Part shown: positions 17,582-27,338 of the stretch, one piece after another
Position numbering within the stretch: position 1 is the stretch's first letter
Layout of the letters: every line of letters begins with the position of its first letter
Assembly (NCBI GenBank): GCA_946186455.1
Contig: CAMHNK010000002.1
Coordinates: forward strand, 186 to 64,185
Source of the DNA: an uncultured Candidatus Saccharibacteria bacterium
GTDB taxonomy: Bacteria > Patescibacteriota > Saccharimonadia > Saccharimonadales > Saccharimonadaceae
Direction of reading: 5' to 3'
DNA: 64,000 bases
Notes under the pieces: generated by a model
Seen by the model: only the letters and a program-made list of their open reading frames with translations
Told to the model about the DNA's origin: nothing
The model's database searches: none
Translations under genes and position numbers: made by a program

Positions 17582-18853
17582 TTAGAAATTTAAATGCGTT
17601 TCGAGTTCCGAAATTACGGCTTTTTCCACAGAGGAAACGGTCGCAAAACCTTTAATGCCAGAACCGGCAAATTCACGCGCGAGTTCAATCATTTTCGCTT
17701 TATCAATTCCTTTAATGAGGTTTGGCATATCATCGTACCGTTCAATCGTTTCGTTCGTGAAATAATTCTCGGCGTAATAATCGGCGATTTGGCCCACCGT
17801 CTGTGCACCCATTTGGAATCTGCCAAGCGCATACGAACGTGCCGCTTCAAAATCTTCATCCGAGACTTCGCCGTTTAATGCTTTCACCATTTCGGTTTGA
17901 ATTAACTCAAATAGTTCCATCGCATTTTCGATGTTTACTTCCCCATCAAAATCCCAATACGAATTCGTGGCATTGCTTGCAATCGAGCTACCCATACCGT
18001 AAACTAAGCCACGTTTCCTCGCCGCACCAAAAATTTTCGAATTCATCGTACCATTTAAAATGTGATTTAAACAGCTCATCGCAAACACTTCATTTGTTTC
18101 TAAATGTCTTGGCGTGACGAGCGAAAATCCAAATGTAATATTCGAAGCATCTTTTCTTCTAATCGACACGGCTTCGGATGAATGCAAATCCGAACGTGGA
18201 ATCTCGAATTTCTCACCTTCTTTTAGATCCCAATTTTCGAGTTCGTGAATGATTTTGTGTTTTCGTCCATGAATCTTTCCAGCGATAATAAACAACATAT
18301 TCTTCGCTGTATGTGTTCTGCGATAATGTTCACGGATATCTTTTAATTCAATGTTTGGAATTGTTTTAAGTCTCTCCGGCAAATCCAGAATATCTTCGCC
18401 CACGGCTTGTTGCACGCGTGGCCATAGCAAACGATAATAATCATTCATATAGCCCGTGAGCTCCGACTTCACATTGGCTTTTTCGGATTTCAATTCTTCT
18501 TCATTAAACTTCGGCTCGCAAATGGAAAGTTTCTGCAAATCCATAATGCGATCCCATTCAAAATCGGCGCATTCCGTTTCGTAACACACTGAAATATCCG
18601 AAGTCCACGCATTGTGGTAAGCACCGTTTTTCGTAAACTCCGCTTCAAACGCTTGCTCGTCTTTAAACTTCGAGTTCGCACCAAAAGCCAGATGCTCCAC
18701 CACGTGTGGTATTTCGTACACTTCGTGGCTTTTCGCATACATCATGCCGGCCCGGAACTGAATCCTGGTCGACATCACTGACGCACCCGGAATATCGATT
18801 AATAGCCCTTTAGCGCCATTTTTTAGCGTGATTTCTTCAACTGAATGCTTCAT
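17582..18853 (-). CDS. M16 family zinc peptidase
   Basis: HVVEH inverted zinc motif, NAWTS, R..GLVY. Confidence 0.9.
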   Translation of the reverse strand: MKHSVEEITLKNGAKGLLIDIPGASVMSTRIQFRAGMMYAKSHEVYEIPHVVEHLAFGANSKFKDEQAFEAEFTKNGAYHNAWTSDISVCYETECADFEWDRIMDLQKLSICEPKFNEEELKSEKANVKSELTGYMNDYYRLLWPRVQQAVGEDILDLPERLKTIPNIELKDIREHYRRTHTAKNMLFIIAGKIHGRKHKIIHELENWDLKEGEKFEIPRSDLHSSEAVSIRRKDASNITFGFSLVTPRHLETNEVFAMSCLNHILNGTMNSKIFGAARKRGLVYGMGSSIASNATNSYWDFDGEVNIENAMELFELIQTEMVKALNGEVSDEDFEAARSYALGRFQMGAQTVGQIADYYAENYFTNETIERYDDMPNLIKGIDKAKMIELAREFAGSGIKGFATVSSVEKAVISELETHLNF

Positions 18854-18856
18854 AAA

Positions 18857-21613
18857 TTACTTGCGTTTCTTGGAAGACTTCTTCTTTGAACCAGATTTTT
18901 TCTTCGACTTCTTCGTTGGAACTTTCTTACCAGTTGCACCCGGAGTCTTCTTCTTAAATTCGGAATCGAGATTCTTCTCGCCCTTCTGAATTTCGTTCAC
19001 GCCACGCTCGGTCTGTTTATCAGCCATCTTGGTGAGTTCAGATTCATATTCTTCCCCATCCGTCACATTGTCATCGCGAGCCTCAGCCGGAGTAATTGAA
19101 AGTAGGATATGTAGTACTTCCTCTCGCAGATTTCTTTGAAGTCCGTCAAAGAGTTTTTGTGATTCGGAACGATATTCTACGAGTGGATCGCGCTGACCAA
19201 CTGAACGCCAGTGAATACCTTCACGGAGATGTTGCATATTTTCAAGGTGTTGCATCCATAAAGTATCGAGCACCTTGAGATACACTTCACGCTCAATCTT
19301 GCGCATGATTTCCGGCGTAAATTCATCTTCCTTCAGTTTGTAAGCTTGTTCAACTGCCTCGAGTGCTAATTTTTCACGATCTTTTTCTTTGCGCTTCAAA
19401 CCGATTTCGGAAATCAAGTCATCATCGAAATCGAAGACGGCCTTAAATTCTTCGTTGAAATTCTTATTCACGCGTGACGAGAATTCGGTCAGCATCTTCG
19501 TCTCATCTACCATCAAGCGATGAATCTCTTTATAAATGTCTTCACCTTCAAGAATCTTACGACGAATCATGTAGACCACTTTACGATGGCGGTTAATCAC
19601 GTTATCGTATTGCACCACATTTTTACGTGAATCAAAGTTAAATCCTTCAATTCTTTTCTGAGCTGCTTCTAGAGTCTTTGAAATCGTCTTCGTTTGGATT
19701 GGCATATCATCATCCACGCCGAGTCTAGTAAGAATCATCTTCACACGATCACCTTGGAAAATACGCATCAAATCATCTTCACACGATACGAAGAATTGTG
19801 TTGTACCTGGGTCGCCTTGACGGCCACCACGACCGCGGAGCTGGTTGTCCACGCGACGTGAATCATGACGTTCTGAACCAATCACAACGAGACCACCGAG
19901 TTCTTTCACGCCTTTACCAAGTTTAATATCGGTACCACGACCAGCCATGTTAGTAGCGAGCGTAATCGCACCTTTTTCGCCAGCTTTCGCAATAATCGCG
20001 GCTTCACGTTCATTGTTCTTGGCGTTCAAGATTTCATATGGCAAACCAAATTGATCGAGATATCTTGCAATCTCTTCGTTGTTTGCAATCGAACCAGAAC
20101 CAACTAGTACCGGTTGACCCTTCTCGTGATACTTCTTCACTTCCTCGGCAATTGCCTTGAGCTTGCCAGCCTTGGTTTTATAAATCAAATCATCCTTATC
20201 CACACGGGCAATCGGCTTGTTTGGTGGAATTTGAATTACGTCAAGTGCATAGATCTGTTGGAATTCTTCCGCTTCCGTAAAGGCGGTACCGGTCATACCC
20301 GAAAGTTTCTTGTAGAGTCTAAAGAAATTCTGGAACGAAATCGTTGCGAGCGTCATCGACTCTTGCTTTACGACCACACCTTCCTTGGCTTCAATCGCCT
20401 GGTGCAGACCTTCGTTGTAACGACGACCTTGCATCAAACGGCCAGTATGCTCATCCACAATAATCACTTCACCAGAGTTTGTCACCACGTAATCCTTGTC
20501 GCGCTTAAAGACGACTTCAGCACGAAGCGCTTGTTCCATGTGATAAACTAGGCGCGTATTCTTAGTTGAATAAAGATTATCGACACCTAAAATTTTCTGT
20601 ACCTTATCGATACCAGCGTCGGTCAAAGTCACCGAGCGACGCTTTTCGTCGAAGACGTAATCTTCCGGCGTCAATCTACTGGCAACTTTTGCAAATTGGT
20701 AATATGATTCCGGATTATCACCGGCCGGCGCCGAAATAATGAGCGGGGTTCTGGCTTCATCAATCAAAATTGAGTCGACCTCATCCACAATTGCGAAGTT
20801 TAATTCACGTTGACGAAGATATTGAACTTCCGAGGCCATGTTGTCGCGGAGATAATCGAAACCGAACTCGTTGTTCGTACCGTAAGTAATGTCGGCATTG
20901 TAAGCTTCTTTTCTGGTAGCCGGACGGAGATGGCGAAATCTCTCATCGTCGTGCTCTTCATTTTCGTATTCACGATCGTAGATAAATGAAGCTTCATTAA
21001 TAATTACGCCAACCGAAATACCGAGGAAATCGTAGATTGGGCCGTTCCAACCGGCATCACGTTGAGCGAGATAATCGTTCACGGTGACAATATGTACACC
21101 ACGACCAGTCAAAGCATTAAGGTATGCCGGGAGCATTGCGACGAGCGTTTTACCTTCACCCGTCTTCATCTCGGCTACATTGCCTTCATGGAGTGCCATA
21201 CCACCGATGAGCTGCACATCGTATGGACGCATCTTAAGTACGCGCTTTGATGCTTCCCTTGCTACCGCAAACACATCTGGCAGTAACTCGTTCAAAATCT
21301 TCGTGTCATCAGCCTCAACACGCTTCTTGGATTTCTTTGTCTTCTTAGACTTCTTAGTATCTACCTTTTTCTCTTCGACTTTCGCGGTCTTCAAAGCTTT
21401 TTCAATCTTTTTCTTAAAAATGTCAGTCTGAGCCGCGAGCTCTTTGTTGCTCATCTTTTCGTATTTCGGCTCGAGTTTGTTAATTTCTTGCGCACGCTTC
21501 CAGTATCTCTTCAAAATCTTCTTCTGGGCGTCACCAAACACGCCCTGCAAAAATTTAGTAAGGGCAGTTTTATCAGCCAATTTATCAGTCGGCTTCTTCT
21601 CTTTTTTCGCCAT
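18857..21613 (-). CDS. secA: preprotein translocase ATPase SecA
   Basis: AEMKTGEGKT, VDEVDSILIDEARTPLIIS, ATNMAGRGTDI, QLRGR.GRQGDPG. Confidence 0.98.
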   Translation of the reverse strand: MAKKEKKPTDKLADKTALTKFLQGVFGDAQKKILKRYWKRAQEINKLEPKYEKMSNKELAAQTDIFKKKIEKALKTAKVEEKKVDTKKSKKTKKSKKRVEADDTKILNELLPDVFAVAREASKRVLKMRPYDVQLIGGMALHEGNVAEMKTGEGKTLVAMLPAYLNALTGRGVHIVTVNDYLAQRDAGWNGPIYDFLGISVGVIINEASFIYDREYENEEHDDERFRHLRPATRKEAYNADITYGTNNEFGFDYLRDNMASEVQYLRQRELNFAIVDEVDSILIDEARTPLIISAPAGDNPESYYQFAKVASRLTPEDYVFDEKRRSVTLTDAGIDKVQKILGVDNLYSTKNTRLVYHMEQALRAEVVFKRDKDYVVTNSGEVIIVDEHTGRLMQGRRYNEGLHQAIEAKEGVVVKQESMTLATISFQNFFRLYKKLSGMTGTAFTEAEEFQQIYALDVIQIPPNKPIARVDKDDLIYKTKAGKLKAIAEEVKKYHEKGQPVLVGSGSIANNEEIARYLDQFGLPYEILNAKNNEREAAIIAKAGEKGAITLATNMAGRGTDIKLGKGVKELGGLVVIGSERHDSRRVDNQLRGRGGRQGDPGTTQFFVSCEDDLMRIFQGDRVKMILTRLGVDDDMPIQTKTISKTLEAAQKRIEGFNFDSRKNVVQYDNVINRHRKVVYMIRRKILEGEDIYKEIHRLMVDETKMLTEFSSRVNKNFNEEFKAVFDFDDDLISEIGLKRKEKDREKLALEAVEQAYKLKEDEFTPEIMRKIEREVYLKVLDTLWMQHLENMQHLREGIHWRSVGQRDPLVEYRSESQKLFDGLQRNLREEVLHILLSITPAEARDDNVTDGEEYESELTKMADKQTERGVNEIQKGEKNLDSEFKKKTPGATGKKVPTKKSKKKSGSKKKSSKKRK

Positions 21614-21645
21614 ATTATCTCCAATCTTCTCTTTATTCTAACACA

Positions 21646-22011
21646 CTAGTGTCTCTTAATAAAGAGATTTTTGAGACTTCTTCTTTGGCGATGTGGTTGG
21701 GTTTCTAGTTTATAACGACGGATTTGTCCAGTGAGTTTTGCTTCCACCAAATCCACGCCTGCAAACACGTTTGAGCATTCATCTTTAGCTGCTACAACCT
21801 TGCCACCAGGAATATCCATCGCCACGGAAATCTCGTATTTGTCGCCTTTGCTCTTGCCGATTTCCGTCACAATTACTTTTGCAATCACATCTTTCTTTGA
21901 ACCGCGCGGTAGATAACGATCGAGTTTGCCGATTCTCTTTTCGACGTACTTACGAAAGCCATCCTCAACCTTATAGCCATTGTTTCCAGTGACTTCAATT
22001 TTTTCAATCAT
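21646..22011 (-). CDS. hpf: ribosome hibernation factor HPF/RaiA (short form)
   Basis: IEVTG, YV.KRI.KLDRY, AGVD.VE.KL..QIRRYK; adjacent to secA. Confidence 0.88.
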   Translation of the reverse strand: MIEKIEVTGNNGYKVEDGFRKYVEKRIGKLDRYLPRGSKKDVIAKVIVTEIGKSKGDKYEISVAMDIPGGKVVAAKDECSNVFAGVDLVEAKLTGQIRRYKLETQPHRQRRSLKNLFIKRH

Positions 22012-22012
22012 T

Positions 22013-23257
22013 TTAGATTTCCTCCTTATTGTTTAGATATGGCCTGAGTACCTCTGGTACCTTAAATTTACCACCTTCAGTTGCGTAGTTCTCAAGAAGC
22101 ACTACGAGCGCTCTAGCTAGCGGGATTGCGGTACCGTTCAAAGTATGGACGAACTCAATCGTGCCATCCTTACGACGGACTCTACAGTTTACCGCTCTAG
22201 CCTGGAAGTCTGTACAGTTTGAACAACTGGTGATTTCCTGGTACTTCTGATTCACTGGCGACCAGTATTCCATATCATATTTCTTCGCCGCTGGCGCACC
22301 AAGATCGCCGGCCGCAATGTTAATTATATGATAAGGAATACCAAGTCCTTGCCAAATGTCTTCTTCAATCGCGAGAATCTTTTCGTGAATCTCTTTTGAT
22401 TGCTCTGGCAAACAAAATGCGTACATCTCGAGTTTATTAAATTGGTGTACGCGGAACAAACCACGTGTGTATTTACCATACGTACCCGCCTCTTTTCTAA
22501 AGCATGGCGAATAACCAGAATAGAACAAAGGAAGTTTATCTTCGTCAATAATCTCATCCATATGATAGCCGGTGAGTGACATCTCGGCCGTCGCGATTAA
22601 TGCTAAATCTTCACCTTCAATGTAGTATTCATCAGATTGATCCGAAGTGCGTGGGTTAAAACCACAACCTTCGAGTACTCTCGAGCACACCATGTCTGGT
22701 ACCGTCATAAAGGTGAAACCGTGTTCCAACACTTTTGACAAACCATATTGCAGTAATGCATTCTCGAGTAAAGCCATTTCACCTTTGAGATAGTAGAATT
22801 TCGCACCAGCGACCTTTGCGCCACGCTCGAAATCTACCCAGTCACGGCTCACGGCGTAGTCCAAATGATCGACGCCTTTTTCATGATGTTTGCCCCAAGT
22901 CTTAACTTCCTTCGAGCATTCCTCACCACCAAGTGGTACATCGTCAAAAATGATGTTTGGTACGGTCTTTAGTAATGCGTTGAGTTTCGTCTCGGCTTCA
23001 GTTAATTCCGCCTCGCATTCTGCGAGCTCGGCTTTTACTTTCTTGCCCTCCTCAACAAGTTCCGGAGCTGGCTTACCACCTTTCATTTTACCGGCGATTT
23101 CATTACGCTTTTGTCTCAGCGCCTCCACGCGCGAAAGAATAGATTTTCGTTCATCATCCAGTCGCACAACATCGTCTACATTAATTTTATAGCCTTTTTC
23201 TTTGGTGGACTTCTTCACCAAATCGAGATTTTCTCTGATAAACTTCACATCTAACAT
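22013..23257 (-). CDS. serS: serine--tRNA ligase
   Basis: MLD.KFIREN, TAE, CFR.EAG, RVHQF.K.E, HTLNGT. Confidence 0.98.
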   Translation of the reverse strand: MLDVKFIRENLDLVKKSTKEKGYKINVDDVVRLDDERKSILSRVEALRQKRNEIAGKMKGGKPAPELVEEGKKVKAELAECEAELTEAETKLNALLKTVPNIIFDDVPLGGEECSKEVKTWGKHHEKGVDHLDYAVSRDWVDFERGAKVAGAKFYYLKGEMALLENALLQYGLSKVLEHGFTFMTVPDMVCSRVLEGCGFNPRTSDQSDEYYIEGEDLALIATAEMSLTGYHMDEIIDEDKLPLFYSGYSPCFRKEAGTYGKYTRGLFRVHQFNKLEMYAFCLPEQSKEIHEKILAIEEDIWQGLGIPYHIINIAAGDLGAPAAKKYDMEYWSPVNQKYQEITSCSNCTDFQARAVNCRVRRKDGTIEFVHTLNGTAIPLARALVVLLENYATEGGKFKVPEVLRPYLNNKEEI

Positions 23258-23304
23258 ATTAAAACTATTATAACACTAAATAGTTAAAAATCGATTAAAA
23301 TAGA

Positions 23305-24057
23305 TTAGTTTAGCTTGCGCCAAAGATTGAAATAATCGCCGAGATGTAGGTCGGCCGGACGGGCATCCAAACTAAGCTGAAGCTCGTTGAAAATATCCGT
23401 AAGCTTTTCTTTGCTCGCGAGTGGCGCTAGATTATGAATCAATTTCTTTCTTGGCGCCGAAAACGCCTGCGCTATTACTTTAAAGATTTCGTCTGGAAAA
23501 ATTGGGCCGGAGGAATGCGGTGCAAGTACAATCACGCGGCTATCCACCTTTGGTGGCGGTGTAAATTCAGCCTTCTTCACGACTGGGCCAAGTGCGACAC
23601 TGGCGCGGTTCTTTACAAATAATGACAGCATCGATTCTTTTTCATCTGCAATTCTTTCGGCCACTTCTTTTTGAACTAGAAGTACAATCCTTGCTGGCAC
23701 GTTCTTAGTTGTTAATAATTTCTCAATAATTGGGCTCGTAATATAATATGGTATATTTCCGGCCACTGCATAGCGTTCCGAAATTTCATCAAAATCAAAC
23801 TTCAAAATATCTTTATTAATCACTTCGAGATTCTTGCCCGGGAATGATTTTGGTAGATTCGTTGCAAGATGCGAATCATATTCTACTGCCACCACGCGTT
23901 GGAAATTCCTGAGTAAGCTCGAAGTTAGAGTCCCAAGACCCGGCCCAATCTCTACCACCAGCGCTACGTCATCCGGAGTTTTCGCAAGCTCCGCAATTTC
24001 ATCGAGCACTGCACGATTATTAAGCCAATGTTGTCCTAGTGATTTGATATTTTTCAT
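23305..24057 (-). CDS. rsmA: 16S rRNA m6(2)A dimethyltransferase
   Basis: KSLGQHWL, EIGPGLG.LT, NIPYYITSP, QKEVAER, F.PPPKVDS, F...RKK. Confidence 0.93.
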   Translation of the reverse strand: MKNIKSLGQHWLNNRAVLDEIAELAKTPDDVALVVEIGPGLGTLTSSLLRNFQRVVAVEYDSHLATNLPKSFPGKNLEVINKDILKFDFDEISERYAVAGNIPYYITSPIIEKLLTTKNVPARIVLLVQKEVAERIADEKESMLSLFVKNRASVALGPVVKKAEFTPPPKVDSRVIVLAPHSSGPIFPDEIFKVIAQAFSAPRKKLIHNLAPLASKEKLTDIFNELQLSLDARPADLHLGDYFNLWRKLN

Positions 24058-25143
24058 TTATACTCCATCGCGCCGAGTCCAGTCGGTCGCAAGATCAAAT
24101 TGTTCAGGGTTCGCTGTCGCAAACGAACCAGTATCATATACTTTACCAAGCCCAAGACTCGTTTCTACCACCGAGCAACGCGGATAACGGCTTAAGTTTG
24201 CCGCCACCAACACATATCCTTCCGCATCTACCTTCACACCATCAGAACGCACCGAGTAGGTCGCTGGCACGCCACATTCACGGGCGGCAATTCTCATCAC
24301 ACCACTCATATTAAGATCGTAATAAGTTTCTTGGCGCTCCACCTTCTGGCCATTCGCCTTCGTCACGGTATAACGATTGCGTCCCTTTGATTTGGTTAGC
24401 GGAGTTTGTTCAATCGCACTAGCACCCACTGCCACGATTCTCGTGACCGGCTCTTTCTTCACTTCTTCCGAGACTAACTTTCTCGTCGCCTCAGCCCCAT
24501 CGACATATTGAACTTCATAAGTCTTCACTTTAACTCCGACCTCGCCAAACTGGCGCACTTCTTCTTTGCCTGGCGCGACATTGTAATCCTTCACTCTCTG
24601 TTCGCTAAATGGAATCTCTTCCTCTTCAGTTATCTTCGAACCGCCATTTCTCTTAATGTCATAAATCTCCACCATTCCAAGCTCTAAAAACAGCGTATTC
24701 ATCACCGGCTTTATCTCATCACCGTCATATACTTCAAATCCAGCGGCTCTCGCAATCGTTTTAAGATCGTAGCTCGCCGTCATCACATATTTATTATTGT
24801 CACCATCACGCACCAGTGCCGGACGGGCCCGGTAAATATTAATAAAATAATTATCGGCGTTCACGACAGTCTCAAGTGCTGGCTCAACAATATCGCCAGT
24901 GGAAAGTTCCACACCGGAGCGTTCCAGAATCTCAGCCACAGTCGCTTCTTTAGATTTAACTGTCAACTTATCCGAGCCATCAAAAATATTCACAAAGTAT
25001 TCCGATAAAAGAGCGGCTGGTTCTTCTTCGCTCGCGGCAAAGGTCCTCTGTAAAGTTAGCGTGAAAATTGAACCTGCCAAAAGTAGGACAACACTAATCA
25101 CTAATAAAATCAGAGCCTGATCGAGGTTTTTCGAAAGTCTCAT
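24058..25143 (-). CDS. YabE/RpfB-like protein (TM, DUF348, G5, C-terminal 3D-like domain)
   Basis: TVAE.L...G..L..GD.V.P (DUF348); EEIPF...G..G.K...Y.V.Y.DG...EPV..IV.VG (G5); G.V.DTG; upstream of rsmA as in Gram-positives; start reassigned to 25143. Confidence 0.85.
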   Translation of the reverse strand: MRLSKNLDQALILLVISVVLLLAGSIFTLTLQRTFAASEEEPAALLSEYFVNIFDGSDKLTVKSKEATVAEILERSGVELSTGDIVEPALETVVNADNYFINIYRARPALVRDGDNNKYVMTASYDLKTIARAAGFEVYDGDEIKPVMNTLFLELGMVEIYDIKRNGGSKITEEEEIPFSEQRVKDYNVAPGKEEVRQFGEVGVKVKTYEVQYVDGAEATRKLVSEEVKKEPVTRIVAVGASAIEQTPLTKSKGRNRYTVTKANGQKVERQETYYDLNMSGVMRIAARECGVPATYSVRSDGVKVDAEGYVLVAANLSRYPRCSVVETSLGLGKVYDTGSFATANPEQFDLATDWTRRDGV

Positions 25144-25164
25144 ATTACCATTATACCACATAAT

Positions 25165-25292
25165 AAAAACCCGGCGGGGACCGGGTTCTCAATAATCTCT
25201 AGGTGGAAAACAATTTAGCCAAATTAACTCAACGCTCTCCACCCAATAAAACTTGATTCCAGTCCCTCTCAACGTTAGATTGACTTGAATCT
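25165..25292 (-). ncRNA. candidate sRNA or attenuator leader with own promoter and terminator
   Basis: TTGACA-16-TAAAAT (25299-25326), internal stem GGGUGGAGAGCG/UGUUUUCCACCU, terminator AACCCGG/CCGGGUU+U tract; no credible ORF. Confidence 0.55.
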
Positions 25293-25451
25293 AACTTTAT
25301 TTTAGCATAGCCAATTTGTATGTCAATATTGATTTTTGACTTTTTTGATGTTTTTTATGATACAAAGTTTTCCACAAACAAACAGGGGTACAAATGCAAA
25401 AACCGAACACTTTTCGCTTGACAAAATTTAACTTTATTTTACAAGATATTT

Positions 25452-26009
25452 TTACAAATTGATGCGTTTGGCTTCAAAAAGTACAGTTGGTACAGCCGGA
25501 GGTGGTGTAAAATCAGTCGGTTTTAACGGCAAACGGATCTTAGTATTGTAATCCTGGATTAATTTCAACCCGAGTTGCGAAGTATAATGTCGCTCCGTAT
25601 TAATCAGTTTCAGCGCCATCTGCTTCTGCAATATCAGATAAAAGGATTCCGGTGGGTTCTCTGCCTCAATCAATTTATGAATAATCGCCGAACTTAGATG
25701 AAACGGTGGATTCGAGAATACTTTGTATGGCCCTTCCGGAAGCTCCACATTCATAAAATCGTCTTCAATAATCTCGACGTTCTTAATTCCCCGTTTATTC
25801 AAATTTGCCCGAAGTTTCACCGCCGCCATACGATCCGGCTCTACTGCTATCACCTTCGTCACCCTATTCGCTAGAGCGCTCGTAATCACCCCTGAGCCTG
25901 CGCCAATCTCTAGCACGGTATCCCGTTTCTTAAGATTCGAATGACCAATGAGAATTAATGCCAGCTTTGGCGACCTTAAAAAGTGTTGTGATAAATTCGG
26001 ATCTCTCAT
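25452..26009 (-). CDS. Erm/KsgA-family rRNA adenine N6-methyltransferase lacking the C-terminal domain
   Basis: SQHFL, EIGAGSG, AVE.D, DF, SNPPF, F.PPP.V; only 185 aa. Confidence 0.8.
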   Translation of the reverse strand: MRDPNLSQHFLRSPKLALILIGHSNLKKRDTVLEIGAGSGVITSALANRVTKVIAVEPDRMAAVKLRANLNKRGIKNVEIIEDDFMNVELPEGPYKVFSNPPFHLSSAIIHKLIEAENPPESFYLILQKQMALKLINTERHYTSQLGLKLIQDYNTKIRLPLKPTDFTPPPAVPTVLFEAKRINL

Positions 26010-26010
26010 T

Positions 26011-26700
26011 TTACGATTTCAGGCCGGCGTCGAAGAATAGTTTCACGTATTCCCAACCCCAGTTTAGATCAAAGCCACTTGGCGTGTAGTTATTAAACTT
26101 AAAGTGTGGCATGCCGTCTACTAACTTTGTCATCCTCTGTGCATTCTTCACGATATCGGCTAACGGTTCTTCATTTTCGACGCAAGTTTCAAAGGTTTCA
26201 CCTAAGCCCACTTCCTTACCGAGTTTAATATAGTATTCTTTTTCAATCTTATTGAAATCGGCAAATGCAGACTTACCGGCCTCTTTAAACCAACCGTTCC
26301 AAACCTTTACAATCAACTTATTATAATAGTCCCAGAATTTACCTTCGTTCTTTGCACAGTAAATCGCCTCCGCCGAATATCGTGACTGAATCGATTGGCT
26401 CTGACCATATTCATACATAAAATCAGATAAACGTACCTCAACCAAGATGTCGTTTTTCTCGATGTATTCTTTGAATTCGTCTTCATGCTCGATGATGGCA
26501 TTTTCAAATGCTAAACAATACGGACAAGCAATATCTGAATAGATAATGAAATAGTTTTTGGCGTCCATATTACCAACCGTCATGTCTTTGTCCCAGACAA
26601 TCTCCGAATTTGGCGTTTTATGCGTCATACTCGTCACGATCGCTGCAATCAAAACACCGAGCACAGCCACCACACCAATAATTCTAAATACTTTCCCCAC
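26011..26700 (-). CDS. membrane-anchored DsbA-like thioredoxin
   Basis: N-terminal TM, G..DA.., D..CPYC, A..C A..EGKFW.Y, G.P.F.FN. Confidence 0.85.
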   Translation of the reverse strand: MGKVFRIIGVVAVLGVLIAAIVTSMTHKTPNSEIVWDKDMTVGNMDAKNYFIIYSDIACPYCLAFENAIIEHEDEFKEYIEKNDILVEVRLSDFMYEYGQSQSIQSRYSAEAIYCAKNEGKFWDYYNKLIVKVWNGWFKEAGKSAFADFNKIEKEYYIKLGKEVGLGETFETCVENEEPLADIVKNAQRMTKLVDGMPHFKFNNYTPSGFDLNWGWEYVKLFFDAGLKS

Positions 26701-27310
26701 GCTCCTCCTTCTTCCTCTTCATGTATTTTTCATTCACTATTATAACATACGTTTCTTCGCCAAGTCTCTTGAGTGAAAGAATTGCAATTATAATTGCAAG
26801 CGCCGTCACAATCCCCGAAATCACCCCTACCATCGCAAGGCCACCAGTTGAAAATAGTGCACCAAGTAGCGGAGTTAAGAGCGTAGTCCCACAAGTCGGA
26901 CAACCGGCTCCAAGTGCAATTAAACCAGTAATAATTCCCGCCTTCTCAACGTTTGCCGAATTAGTACTTTCTTTACCGTTACTGATGCGCCTCTTGTGCC
27001 AAAGCAAGACGATAAGACCGATTAAAATACCTTGAAGCCATGCCAAAGAGAAAACCGGCAACCACTCGAGAAAAATCATATTGATACCAAATACGCCCAA
27101 CAAAGCATCACCAATAATTTTCATACTGCCACCAAATCCGACCATTCCCATTAGCTCAAATTTCGAAAAACCCCCAGATAGCAGATTCATCAACGTTCCA
27201 AAAAACAAAAAAGCAATAATAAATCCGACCCAAAATCTCTTTTCCTTCGTCGCTAGCAAAATACCTTTGCCCGCGAGGACGAACTCATCTAACCACTTCC
27301 TCCAATTCAT
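26684..27310 (-). CDS. multi-pass membrane protein with CxxC (GCPTCG)
   Basis: About 4 hydrophobic segments; overlaps the start of the DsbA-like gene. Confidence 0.8.
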   Translation of the reverse strand: MNWRKWLDEFVLAGKGILLATKEKRFWVGFIIAFLFFGTLMNLLSGGFSKFELMGMVGFGGSMKIIGDALLGVFGINMIFLEWLPVFSLAWLQGILIGLIVLLWHKRRISNGKESTNSANVEKAGIITGLIALGAGCPTCGTTLLTPLLGALFSTGGLAMVGVISGIVTALAIIIAILSLKRLGEETYVIIVNEKYMKRKKEERGESI

Positions 27311-27338
27311 GGAACTATTTTAGCACAAGTAAAATGAT

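Noticed and set aside
25165-25295. c-di-AMP (ydaO) riboswitch expected upstream of Rpf-like genes; also SRP RNA
   Set aside because: Conserved motifs of those families not seen; kept only as an unclassified candidate
25368-25376. DnaA-box-like TTTTCCACA in an AT-rich gap
   Set aside because: Single box, no cluster, no dnaA/dnaN nearby
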